In this document: positions 11,401 to 22,847 of the stretch, in pieces
Numbering within the stretch: position 1 is the stretch's first letter
How the letters are laid out: every line of letters begins with the position of its first letter
Position numbers and translations under genes: made by a program
The notes under the pieces: generated by a model
Database searches by the model: none
Told to the model about the DNA's origin: nothing
The model's input: only the letters and a program-made list of their open reading frames with translations
Source: Tubiluchus corallicola
Taxonomy: Eukaryota; Animalia; Priapulida
Length of the DNA stretch: 64,000 bases
NCBI GenBank assembly: GCA_030141605.1
Contig: JAQGDQ010000445.1
Coordinates: 1-64,000 of the forward strand
Reading direction: 5' to 3'

Positions 11401-14400
11401 AACTGTGTGGGTAAGTTAGCAGTTCATGTAGTATCCATCTAGATGAACTCATTGGTTTCACTATAATCATCATCATTACTAAACGTTATTATAGCTGCTG
11501 TCGCCACCATCATCATCACCGCTACACCACACCAGCATAAACAAAATCACCATCGTCAACATAAATACACGAATGTCACCGCTATCATCAACATCATTGC
11601 CGTCGTCATGATCATCATTTTCGTCACCCCAATTTCTATCGCAACAACCACCACAGCCACTACTGTCACCGCCAAAGTCATCATCGTCATTCTACCAGCA
11701 TTTGTCATAGTCAAGGTCCTAATCTCAGATAAACACATTCATTTAAATGTAACGAAAATCTGAAACGAGCTTTCAATTCGAAACTTCATAATTTACTCAT
11801 AATTTGTATCTTTCAGGATTAAATTTATACACTACATCAAGCTCTTTTCATTGCAGATCGTTTCGATCACCATTGTCATTATACTGGCAACTGTGTTGGG
11901 AAGAGAAATTACCGATATTTCTACCTTTTTATACTCTCCATTTGGGCTCTCTTTACGTATATTCTCGTATGCTCCATCATTCACCTTGTTTGCTGTAAGT
12001 TTACGTATCACGCAGATTTACACCTGTTTGCCATCGTATACTATAATAACCTTCTTAAAGGAAGACCGGACGATTGTTTAGACTCAATCTCATCTTAATT
12101 TACTGCCCAAAATAAACATTTCTTGCCTACAAAAGTTAACAATTGTTCCTTGGATTATTAGTTTAGAAAGTTAATTAACGGCAACCGAACACAGCTATTG
12201 CTTACAGTATGTGCAATGGCAGGCATCTTCCCTTGCGCAACAAACACATTTGAATAAGTGCTACAGTACTGCTTAAACGCGTGATGTCACGCAAAATAGG
12301 CATTACATCATATGACGTCAGAAGCTAACACAGCAGTCAATGATCATGGTTATCACGGTACCGCCTTCTATTTGTCGATCACACGAATGTGACAAAAAAG
12401 CGCCGTTGCCAATCTTAGTAGATTCACTGAGCCGTGCGTAGCTTTGAAAGTTTAACGAAATTTGAGTATCCGAGGTAATTATTATTTAATCTAAGCTTTG
12501 ATTTAAAAATAAGGGATTGTAGTTTTCAATATTATAGAGCATTCTTTATTCTGACCTCGTGTTTACACAATCTTCCGGTTTTCCTTTTTGTTACACCTTT
12601 GTGTTGAATAAGGACGAATAAGTTCGCATCATCTTCTGTTGCTTGAATAAAGAGTCAAGGGTGCAACGGGCCCTGCATGCATTTCAGGGGGTATCCAATC
12701 AAATAGCAATTTTTTTTAGAAATTTCAAATTTTTGCTCTTAAGTTAGTTGTACAAGCTGGCTTACAGTCTCAGTTTTAAAAAAAAATTGTCATACCATGT
12801 TCTATATACAGTAACAAATCTTGGAATTTGTTGAGATTTTTTAGTAATCAATGTTCTCCCCTTTTTTAGTTTATTCTTGCCCTCATTCGCCAGAATAGTG
12901 ACGTTATTAACAGTGGCGGTTAGTTGAAATTCTAAGAAAATGTTAAGGCATTATTTTAATACTGTGTAAAACGAAACAAACACGTGTAATTTTAATGTTC
13001 CAGTTTGTAATTGTAATTTTAAACAAACAAACATAGGTAAGTTGTTCATAAACTTGTTAAAATCCTATACAAAACTACTTTTGCTTACTAATAGCCTAAA
13101 TTATCGCAGCTCAAGCTTGATCCACTCACAGTAAGCATGTGACAACTGACAACAAACGGTGTGAGCGACAGTACATTTTCTACCTGGGCTCAGACATGTG
13201 CGCATGTGCAGCTCCACAGTACTTATACACGAGCCACCACTGGTTAATATGAAGACCGTTGTTCCACTCGTTTGGAATTAGGGCACGAGAATTTAGCCAA
13301 TTTTAATTGCAAGTTCCTTCAATCCCTTATGAAATTTCCTTCCTTATACTTATGAAGTGAGACAATGGTAGATAACCTGTTAAATATGCCTAATGATTTT
13401 CAAGATAATATAAAGTTAAATTCACAGTGTGTTTACCAGTTGCAACAGCACTAATGATTTTCAGCATGAAACAGTGAAATTCAGCAGATAAGCTTCTAAT
13501 ATTTATGAAAAAATGGGTTTACCAATTGGGGGGTAGTGGGTGACATAAAATCAAGAAGCTGACTCTGTGCATAACCAAACTTGTGCACGCCAGAGGTCAG
13601 CACGAGGTTTGACGTGCTCGTATTTCTTCTGTTATTCAGGTGGCTTATACATCACACATCATTTTTCTTTTCACAGTGTCAAAACAGATTGGGGCCAGGG
13701 AGGCAACTCGACATATACCATCAAGATATCCTTTGTTAAATTCTTATCTAATGCTTCTTATAATTAGTATCTTTAACTAAAATGATTTTGTAGTTAAAAC
13801 CTGATGATCATTACGTAAATAAGTATTTATACCGACTGCATTGTGTAGAATATTTGCTACAATAATTTTTTTCTTGACTAAATGTTTACTATTGTGACGG
13901 CGATTATCAGTTTTGTGGCATTGATTCTTATCTCACTGTTGGTCTTTCTGCACACATCGTTGGTAATAAACAACCGAACAACTATAGAAAGTGTAAGTAA
14001 CAATATCAGAAAAAGAATGATGTCAGCTATGAATATTTACTAGTTGTTGTGGCATTTGTTGTTCTTTAGCTTTCTTACCTAGAGGTATAGTTAATGATAT
14101 CACTAGCGTTTGATCAACATTTTTTAATGTAATTAAAAAATTAACTGTTTCTTGAGTTCATAAATTGCATCTTTTAATCATAGTGTGAATCAACCGTTGC
14201 TTCAACAGTTGGTTCTGTTAAAAGCTAATTATATTACAAACTATGAAAAGTCACACGACGTTTTCTAGAAAGAATAAAGGTCTTTCAACCCACTGTCAAG
14301 CAGAAGATGCTCTTCCAAATTTCCTATACAGGCATTCAAGGCGAATCACAATCGTGGCAGTGCTATTGCCTATAGAAAGTATAAGAAAGGCTGAATGTAA

Positions 14401-17400
14401 GTTCGTCATACTCAGTACTTGAGTTGCAACTTGCACAGTAGGTGCTAACTATTGACAGCCATTCACTTTGTATGCATTTCGTACTACTTTCATTTGCCAC
14501 TATTATTTAAACAACTTTGAAAACTCTACTACATATTTTACAATTGTTGAAATCTTGCTTTGCCTGGGCGTGCCCCAAGATACTATGGCTGTGGACACTG
14601 AAAATGGCGCCATTACAAATCGACGTTTACCATGTTTTTGGAAATCGTGTATAATCAGTCATTCTGAATCGTAGCTCGATCCCAAAAAGGCACAACCACC
14701 TGAAGCAACAAGTTTTAGAGCTTCATCTGTTGTTTTTACTACGGCATTATTGTCTTTTTGCATCTTCTTCCACAGTTAGTATTCGAAAGGCTATTGATAA
14801 GGTCTTCGACCACTGCCCAGTCGACAAAACTGGCTGGAGTTAAGGGACTTTGCGGTAACTTCTCCAGTAACGTGAAGGGGTGTAAAGGTGTTTTGATTGT
14901 CAAAAATGACACCAGCGAACCTGCATATACAGCTGTCATGATCATTGCAAAAACCCACCACCACGAGATTAGTACTCGAGAAGCCACATTATTGGGTAAA
15001 TAAAAACATTCCTCTGGTAAAAATGCAGCCATAACACAGCTGGAGTAATAAGTAACAGTGTGGCGTTCTTCAATGTGGTCTGTAACTGTTGAACACTTTT
15101 CCAGTGTAAATAAAGTCAACATCGGGTATAAGGTACTCGTTTATAAGGGACATTCACTTATAAGGTACCACCAACACCGGTGAAATTTCGTTTGTATTTT
15201 TTATCGGTTTTTAATATTATTACGAACTTAGGTAGTTCTTATACAAAAAAATGATCCTTGCAAATGTGTACTCGCAAAGTTCGAAACCTAGCTAGGAAAT
15301 CGTTTAATTCGCAACAAAAAAAGAATGAAAATAAGCCTTTGTCGAAACTGCTAGTACTAAATACAGAATTGACATCAATTCACAGCAGTGAAATATGAGT
15401 AGACACGATATTGTTGCTATATTTTCAGGTGCGAAAAATTCATGCCACAGAGGACGGGACACAGGTGGAAAACCCCTTTACAAAAGGCTCATGGTATAGG
15501 AATTGCTTTGACGTACTGTGTACACCAATACCACCAAGGTATCACATTGCAGTACATCTAGTAATTGTTTACTACGGTGATTAAAGTTACTGATGCCTGA
15601 AATTTTGAATCACTTTGGTGTGGGTCATACTAGTTGTCAATTTGTCAAACAGAACAAGAATTCTTCTCTTTTTGCACACCCACTAATGTGCCACTAATTT
15701 GCTTTGTAAATTTTTCTTCGTGTTGAGCATGTCGTCTTGCCACGTTTATCACTTGCTGGTCCCCTTTAGTCATATAAATAAAAACAGATTTTGAATTTTC
15801 TTATCAAGATCTTATTGGAAATCAACCGTTTATCCTTTGTTTATCCACTACGACAGTGGATAACTCCACAACAACGGAACAGAGAGTCGTGGTGGTAATC
15901 AAAAACCTGTAATGTGGGCATAGGAGTGGTGACCTCTGGATCAAAGGTCACAGCAGCAGGATCCAAAATGTGAGAGTTAGGGTGAATGACTTTGTCATTC
16001 AACTCCTCCTACAGTACTGGACCAAGAGTGAAAATTCCTAGGGCTTTGAGTTAAATTCCAAATTTTTTCACAGGTATTTAGGTGGGGTAGGTCTAAATTA
16101 GGTATTTTTCGGAAATTGGAGCCTAGGAAAATTCGGAGTTGTGAGCCAAAATGTGAAAATTAGGGCAAACGGATTTGTCGCCCACTTTAAATGCTTAAGC
16201 ACGTGTGGGCAAGCTGGTGGATGTAAAAGTGCAATAAGGATTTTTCCGAGAGTGGGCGTAGCCAGGTCACGTGACATTGGTGAAAATGTATAAAATCGGG
16301 GTCTGCTCGATAACTGAATAAGTGCAACAGCTAGAATAAAAAAACTTGCAGGGTAGACACCTAACCCAGGTAGACACAGAGCGGTATGAGAGTGGTGAGC
16401 TCTGGGTTAAGGATCACAGCAGCAGGACAATAAATGTAAGAATTAGGGCGAATGACTTGTCCTTCAGGTTCAATTCCAGGATCGGACTAACATTCACTGT
16501 TTATGCATGTATATGTAACAGGGCAGGACTAGCTGTATATTACGTATTTTTCAAAAAGTGGGCATGAGCTGGTCTCTCGACATAGGCGAAAGCTTAAAAT
16601 GGGATTGCTGTAAAATGGATTTCCTATGACTTAATTCAGCAATTGCAAAATTATGATCTTAAGACGAAGACCAGGTCAGCAAAGATTTTTCACAGTTGCA
16701 ATTTTGGTCATAATGCAGAATCTTAAGTTTATGACTTTGTGATAAAAACGGTCAAGTTTGACATTTTTATACATGTATGTGCAAAAGTGATTATACGTTA
16801 TTTGCTTAATTACATGTTCCATTTAATTTAGGGAAGCGTTTTTTGTTTCAGCAATTTAGTCTTGGAAAATGTCTGAAATAAGGTGAGTGTGTTAATAACC
16901 GTATGGTCCTATATTCACCTCTCACTACTCAAATTACTTGATTTTAAAGTTGTTAATGTGTTTAATATTGTATTTTTTGACGTGTGAATTAAAATTTATA
17001 GTTCATAGTTCATAGAAATCCAAATCACTCAGATCCATCCATTTGCTGTTAGTAAACAAAGCGCATGCGCGTACTAATGCCATCTGTAATGAATTACTTG
17101 TGTATAAGCGGTAGTTAACAATTAGTTGACAGTTATGCATGCCTGAGATATATCATTGTATATACAAGTAAGTGGTGCATTGACAGATAATCACATAATT
17201 CATATTCGTAACTATTTAAAAAAATTTTCACTCTTTAAGGCTCACTCAAAGTCGTACTTACATATTATGTTTTCCTTTCTCAACTTTCAGGTTTATTGCT
17301 CTTATACCATTGCTATTATTACATTTACTTCATCCTCATTTACATTAAGTCATCTACAGAAGCATGAATAACTATAATCATTTTTTCACTTAAGTTAGGT

Positions 17401-17949
17401 GAGTGTGTTAATGACCGTATGGTCGTACACTCACCTCGCACTACTCAAACTATTTTTTTTAAAGTTTATTAATGTGTTTGATATTGTATTTTTGATGTAT
17501 GAAATAGAATTCATAGTTCTGAGTTTTTGCGATAAAGGAGGTCTAGCTTGTGATATAAAAATCGTTGGTTCGAATTTCAAGAATTTCAAGGAGACCAAGA
17601 TTTGTGTCCTTCTTTCGACAAATTTCATGCGAAATACATGCTAAAAACTGATGGAAACTAAATAATCATCTAAGATCATGCTAAAATGTGCACAAGTTTT
17701 TGACACTAGAGATGCGCATCATCCAATACACTTATAATGTAAGATTCAATATGGCTGCTTTCACAATATCGTTGTTGACACCATTAAGAAAATTACGTTA
17801 CGTATAGCTATTGCATTAATAGATACCATGCAAGGGTTTCATTCTTTTGTGATTATTTAGCAACAGTTTTCATTAGTATTTTGTACAGTATTCTGCCATT
17901 GGACCGTGACCCCCTCTTCTGGCGTAAGCCATTGCATTACACGGCTTGA
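8438..17949 (+). CDS. ZDHHC14: DHHC palmitoyltransferase, ZDHHC14/18/9 (approximated-like) subfamily, ~306 aa. Coding exons 8438-8583, 9639-9799, 11258-11410, 11857-11994, 13677-13725, 13890-13992, 15429-15538, 17889-17949
   Basis: The spliced exons keep frame (921 nt). Motifs: N-terminal [67 protein letters not shown] and [23 protein letters not shown]. The last exon is the least certain. The symbol marks the subfamily, not proven orthology. Confidence 0.88.
8932..9541 (+). mobile_element. MITE family B, Kolobok-like, in ZDHHC intron 1
   Basis: TTAA|aggaaagcagaatg...ccggttttgct|TTAG. Homologous to 23960-24543 (inverted) and 42255-42871. Confidence 0.75.
10093..10278. repeat. Degenerate (GTGGT)n G/T-rich simple repeat
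   Basis: Low-complexity tract; explains the His/Thr/Pro and Val/Trp/Cys ORFs. Confidence 0.85.
11466..11692. repeat. Degenerate (CAT/CAC)n trinucleotide tract in ZDHHC intron 3
   Basis: catcatcat/caccac-type periodicity. Confidence 0.7.
12059..12585 (+). mobile_element. Full-length MITE family A copy (Kolobok-like) in ZDHHC intron 4
   Basis: TTAA|aggaagaccggacgattg...caatcttccggttttcct; terminal inverted repeats of ~18 bp. Confidence 0.8.
13726..13889 (+). other. U12-type (minor spliceosome) AT-AC intron, 164 nt
   Basis: 5' end ATATCCTTTG. Branch-site-like TTTTCTTGAC at 13869-13878, with the terminal AC at 13888-13889 about 11 nt downstream and no polypyrimidine tract. Splicing restores the frame (..[14 protein letters not shown]..). 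Confidence 0.9.
14296..15060 (-). pseudogene. Ionotropic receptor (IR / variant iGluR) pseudogene, C-terminal half, nested antisense in ZDHHC intron 6
   Basis: M3 region [28 protein letters not shown] (cf. SYTANLAAFLT). After a frameshift, S2-like [43 protein letters not shown], then M4-like [25 protein letters not shown]. Several in-frame stops; no introns apparent. Confidence 0.8.
15915..16465. repeat. Diverged direct repeats of an unclassified element
   Basis: The block gagtggtga.ctctgg...cacagcagcagga...ttaggg.gaatgactt occurs at ~15925 and ~16390, with a weaker copy at ~16150. Confidence 0.5.
16881..17520. repeat. Pair of ~125-bp direct repeats (16881-17005 and 17398-17520), each starting with a hairpin
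   Basis: aggtgagtgtgttaat.accgtatggtc.ta.a.tcacct...cactactcaaa occurs twice. Confidence 0.7.
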
Positions 17950-20048
17950 GAGGTATCTTGGATTAGGTTAAGTCTTTTATCAAACTGAACTCATGTATGC
18001 TTATGTATTCTACACTAAATGTGAAATTTTTTCTGTTTGTTACAGGGACAGATGACAAAAATGGCGTGTATATAATTGTAAATAAATGTAAATAAAGAAA
18101 CATTTTATATACCTGTTATATTATTTATTAGATTTTTTTTAAAAACTGTTAAGTATGGGAAGTAGTGTCTGCAACAAAACTGAACATTACACTAATTACG
18201 ACATTATAATGGATAAAGTGCTACTAAATCAAACAAATTACACAGTTTTCTAATTACAATCTCTAATTTGACATTGTGAAAGAGTATAAATAGTACATAA
18301 ATTACTCAGCCGTGCAATGCCTATCATTACAGTTAAGACAACTAAGCTTATTCTTATATTAGCGCACCTATATTTTACAAAATTGTTTGCACCGTGCAGA
18401 TCGTGGACTTGCATACGTAGCATACACAAAGCAAAGTTGCTTCATTTTCTCTCTGAAGAAGAGTTCTCATATTTATAAAAAAGTTGAAAATCTGTTGTTG
18501 TGCGTGACTAAAACAGTTCTGAATCGTCTGCTCACTTACATTGCTCTTATTTGCTGCACGATGTTTACTCTTGTATAACAAATCCGTTATACTATGCTGC
18601 CATCTAATGAGGAAAAAACCAACTACTTTAACAAGTAACAGATCCTAAGCGCATCAAATTAGGTTTACCAGAGCTCTTCCAAACTATAGATGTGCTATTT
18701 AATAACAGCTTTTGCCGTTTGACAATAACTTAACTTAGTATTTTGCTTTGAAATTTATTTTTAAAGTTTTTATTCTTTACATAATCTTAAATTCGAAGCA
18801 CTTAACTCTATAGAGTACAAACTTTCGCAAGCAATTTCAGGATTGGATTGGTGAATATTAGTTAAACCATTGTCTGTCCCTATTAATCTAAATTAATTCA
18901 GTTTGTTAAATACACACACAGAAGACACCTGCACGCATTTCAGACATTACACTGCACAGCTATAGGTACAATTGAATGCTAATTCTCACTTTTTATATTA
19001 TTTTAATGCCACCACGTGACGTGACAAACTGGTCGTGTCCTTATATGAGCCTATTGAGCAAATTATTAAAACAAAAACTTGCTTTTTTAAATAAAGCAAG
19101 CAGAAACGGCAAAAATAATTAAGTTCTACAATCTCTCATTCTGTTCCGTTTACATATAAGTATAGGAAGTATTGTCGCTTGTCTTTTTTCACAAACAACT
19201 CTTGATTAATTATTCAATTAATCGAATGACTCATTCACACTCTTGAATGCTTAAAAACAATTTGTTTGTGGACAAACTTCGACCGGATATCAGAGAAATA
19301 ACTTCTAGAGATCACATCCGAGCACTAGCACCCTCTGCTGTTTCTACTATCCCCAGAATGCTGAGAAAAATGCAAAGCACTACAGACAACTTCTTTGAAT
19401 GGTGAAAAATGATCAAAAACAGAAAAGTTGAAAACGATAAGAGAAATTGGAGCTTCTTTATTAAATGCAGTAAAGACTTTACAGTGAAATTTACAACACA
19501 ACAACATTGCTTTTTTGCAAAAATCCAGTAAGTTCACACCATTAACATCACTTTAAACCAATATATCACATAAACTCAACAAACCTCTTCTGGGCTATTT
19601 TTAATAGCTGAAAATTTCAATTGCCCAAGAAAAGCACCACTTTTCATTTTCTAATAGTGTGAAAAACTAATTATTAGTTCATACAGGCAGTTACTTTTAT
19701 CCCACGTCAAGTGTTGTTAAGTATGTGCAATGGCACGGGGATTTCAAACTGCTTTGAACAGTAATCTGTCGGCATTTAATTAACCTTAAGATTAATTAAC
19801 CTTTGTACATCATACAAAATAGCTGTAATCAAATGCTTTATATTTTATACGTACAGCTGCTACTGCTAGTTGATGCACAGCAAGAACAAAAACTGTTAGT
19901 AGCAAAAATTGCAAAATCACAGTAATGCTTTCTTCCCGCTTGTGTTTTGTCCAAGAAAAGAAATTAGACCGAACATAAAACGCAAATCTTTTCTTAAATA
20001 CAGAAAAAAATCATTGTCAAACATACCAAAAAAAGTAGTTTTTTGTTG

Positions 20049-22847
20049 CTAATCGTATGACACACTAGCATCCACTAATGCCACATTTGCTTCGCTTTTC
20101 TTATCATTATCTTTATCTAAATCTGTACAAGGTTGTGCTAGAACATTTTCATTGACATGTTCAATTTCCCAGTTATACGAGCTTTTAGTTTTCACGTCAA
20201 ACACAGTGGGCTGTACTATATATTGCAGTTCTTTGGTCATTTCTACGTTGTTTTCATTTGGTGTGTCAGCATTCGATAACATTAATTTCTGATCCGCAAC
20301 ACCAGTAGGCATGACTGCACTTTCAGTTAAAGTTAATGCTGACGGTATATCAATAATGTCTATTGAGGTCTTTCCAGATTCGATAGTTGGCTCTGTCAAA
20401 GCTGTGCAAGATTTTGTGGATTCATTTTCTTTGACCTGCTTTTCAGCTTTCACTTGAAGCACGGTGGTCTGTGCCACATTTTGTGGTTTACTGAACATTT
20501 TTGCACTTATTTCATTTGGTGTGTCCACACCGGATGACACCAACTGTTGATCAGCAACATCAGTACTTTCAGTTAAACCCAATTTGGAAGGTATATCAAT
20601 ATGGTCTTCAGAGACATGTTTAGGTTTGGTTGCTGATTCTGCCACATTTTTCCTGGTAGTGTTGTTCATTTTTTCTTTAAATTTATCATAGTGGGACTTA
20701 GACTGGCAGTGGACAACTCTGCCAGAATGTTCGGTGTTGTAAAACTTGTGGCAGATCTTACAGAAGTAACCAGAAACTGGAATAACAAAGTCTTGGCCCA
20801 CAGGAGTATTCGGGTCAAATTCGTTTATCACAGGATAAGTTTGGACTGCCGGTGTAGGACTATCAATGGTTTGATTTCTGTATATTCCAGTGGCATCAAT
20901 AACAACAAAATCATCCATGTTTTCTGGATATTCCTCAATGTAATCATCCACATCAGTAGAAGTAACACAGGACGTTTTCTGTCTTCGTAACCAATCATCG
21001 TAGTTAATTTTATGCCTTTCACTATTGGAGTGCTCTACAAACTTTTTGGGGCTGTTGAACCACATGCTGCATTGTCTGCAATATGGTCGCTGTTCCTTTT
21101 TCTTTTGTTTATGCTCAACTGATCGTCTATGCTCAAGCAATGGCTCTGTGAACTGCACCTGGCAAACTTTGCACAATAAAGGACACTTAAAAAACGTTTG
21201 TGCAGAAGCATTTTCATTCCGAATTGATACCTGAATTGTTGAACTACTAATTGCTTCTTTTGTTACATCATCTTTATCAGATGAATTTCCTGCTTGGGCT
21301 TTCTCCTTTAGCATTTCAGCCATTTTGGCACACTTGTCACTTACCTCAGCAAGCTTTGCTTTGTGTTTATTACCCTGCATGTGCTGAGCAAAGTTCTGTA
21401 CTGTATTACATTTGACATTGCACACAGGACAAAATAGTGAATCTGCATTCTCAGCACCAGTTTGAGTTGGGTTCTTTTTCTTCTGCTTTTTCTTCACTCT
21501 TTCTTGGTCCGATTCTTCAACTCCTAAAGCATCTTGATCTTTTGTCCCTTCTGTTGTGAATGATAGATCACTACCATCTATTTTGGTCTCCGAAACAAAA
21601 TCTTCATTATTTAATTCTGCTTCTGTGCCAGGCGGTGGTGGTGGTATAACATTCTCTCCTGGTGTCAATGTCATAGAAATAGGCAACACCTTTAATTCGT
21701 TAAGTTTGCGTTTTTTCTTTGCATTAGCCGGAGAATGGTTTGTTTCATCTGCTGGTACATCATCATGAGAATCCATCAGTATGCTGCTTGGTTTGGTTTC
21801 CAAACTTCCCTCATTTTCTGATCCACGAGACATTGAAACAGTTGGTGACGCATACTGCATTCTAGATAAAGGTGGACGTTGTGTTGAGAACGTCATCAAA
21901 GCAGGACCTATTCCAGGAGGTCTGGGCCTAAAAGGGCGAATAGATCTAGAAGGACGCATTGGTCTGGAACCAACAGGACGAATCGGTCTACGTATATTCA
22001 TAGACGAAGGACCAATGTGCCTAACACGTTGAACTGGAGGCTGGCCAGCAGGATGCATGGGTTGCATACCAGTACGGTCCAGTGACACAGAACCACGGTG
22101 TTGATTTCCTGCAAAATTTGTTGGTAAAAAATCCATGGGGCTAGTTGAACCTGAGCTAATGTTGCTTGTATGGAATGTATTTCCTGGCATCATTGCCTGG
22201 ATATTGGAAAAATTGCCTTGCGTATTGGACATCTGAGAATTTGGCATATAACCTGCCGTTCCACTCTGCATCGCATCTGCGGCAGGTACTACAGTTTGTG
22301 AGACAATTGCCGCATTACTGAATTCCATTGAATTAGAAGGCAATTGATTCATTAATGCACTACCAAATCCTACTGAATTAGAAGGAGCTTGATTCATTCC
22401 CATATTATGAAATTCCATTGAATTAGAAGGCACCTGATTCGCTCCCACATTTCCAAATCCCATTGGAGACACTGGATTCATGCCAGTATCACTAAATCCA
22501 GCTGAGTTTCCAACTTGCTGTTGTTGATTTGTTCCCATATATCCTGGTTGTTGTTCGTTTGTTCCTAAATTACCGAACCCTGTAGTGCTTGCTGGTGGGT
22601 GCTGGTTCATTCCCACTGGCCCAGCATTGCCCATTTGACCTACGTTTCCCATCATTCCCATGTTAACCATCTGATTCACCATTTGCATCATGAGGTTTGG
22701 ATCAAATCCAGATGGTATGGCTACCATGGCCATCCCGCTATTCGTGTTTGACTGCACCTCGGACCCAGTCATCATTCGGTTCTGTGGCATGACCTGTGGT
22801 GCCATTCCCAGTGCAATGCCAGTTGACGGCTGGCTGTAGTTATTCAT
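20049..22847 (-). CDS. CIZ1-like / matrin-type (U1-like) zinc-finger nuclear protein, 932 aa, single coding exon
   Basis: Uninterrupted 2.8-kb ORF. Fingers FCPVCNVKC..HMQGNKH, LCKVCQV..HRRSVEH and RPYCRQCSMWFNSPKKFVEHSNSERH; FVVIDATG motif; matrin finger VGQDFVIPVSGYFCKICHKFY..HCQSKSHY. M/Q/N/G-rich N-terminus. Candidate 5'UTR acceptor at ~22958. Confidence 0.85.
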   Translation of the reverse strand: MNNYSQPSTGIALGMAPQVMPQNRMMTGSEVQSNTNSGMAMVAIPSGFDPNLMMQMVNQMVNMGMMGNVGQMGNAGPVGMNQHPPASTTGFGNLGTNEQQPGYMGTNQQQQVGNSAGFSDTGMNPVSPMGFGNVGANQVPSNSMEFHNMGMNQAPSNSVGFGSALMNQLPSNSMEFSNAAIVSQTVVPAADAMQSGTAGYMPNSQMSNTQGNFSNIQAMMPGNTFHTSNISSGSTSPMDFLPTNFAGNQHRGSVSLDRTGMQPMHPAGQPPVQRVRHIGPSSMNIRRPIRPVGSRPMRPSRSIRPFRPRPPGIGPALMTFSTQRPPLSRMQYASPTVSMSRGSENEGSLETKPSSILMDSHDDVPADETNHSPANAKKKRKLNELKVLPISMTLTPGENVIPPPPPGTEAELNNEDFVSETKIDGSDLSFTTEGTKDQDALGVEESDQERVKKKQKKKNPTQTGAENADSLFCPVCNVKCNTVQNFAQHMQGNKHKAKLAEVSDKCAKMAEMLKEKAQAGNSSDKDDVTKEAISSSTIQVSIRNENASAQTFFKCPLLCKVCQVQFTEPLLEHRRSVEHKQKKKEQRPYCRQCSMWFNSPKKFVEHSNSERHKINYDDWLRRQKTSCVTSTDVDDYIEEYPENMDDFVVIDATGIYRNQTIDSPTPAVQTYPVINEFDPNTPVGQDFVIPVSGYFCKICHKFYNTEHSGRVVHCQSKSHYDKFKEKMNNTTRKNVAESATKPKHVSEDHIDIPSKLGLTESTDVADQQLVSSGVDTPNEISAKMFSKPQNVAQTTVLQVKAEKQVKENESTKSCTALTEPTIESGKTSIDIIDIPSALTLTESAVMPTGVADQKLMLSNADTPNENNVEMTKELQYIVQPTVFDVKTKSSYNWEIEHVNENVLAQPCTDLDKDNDKKSEANVALVDASVSYD

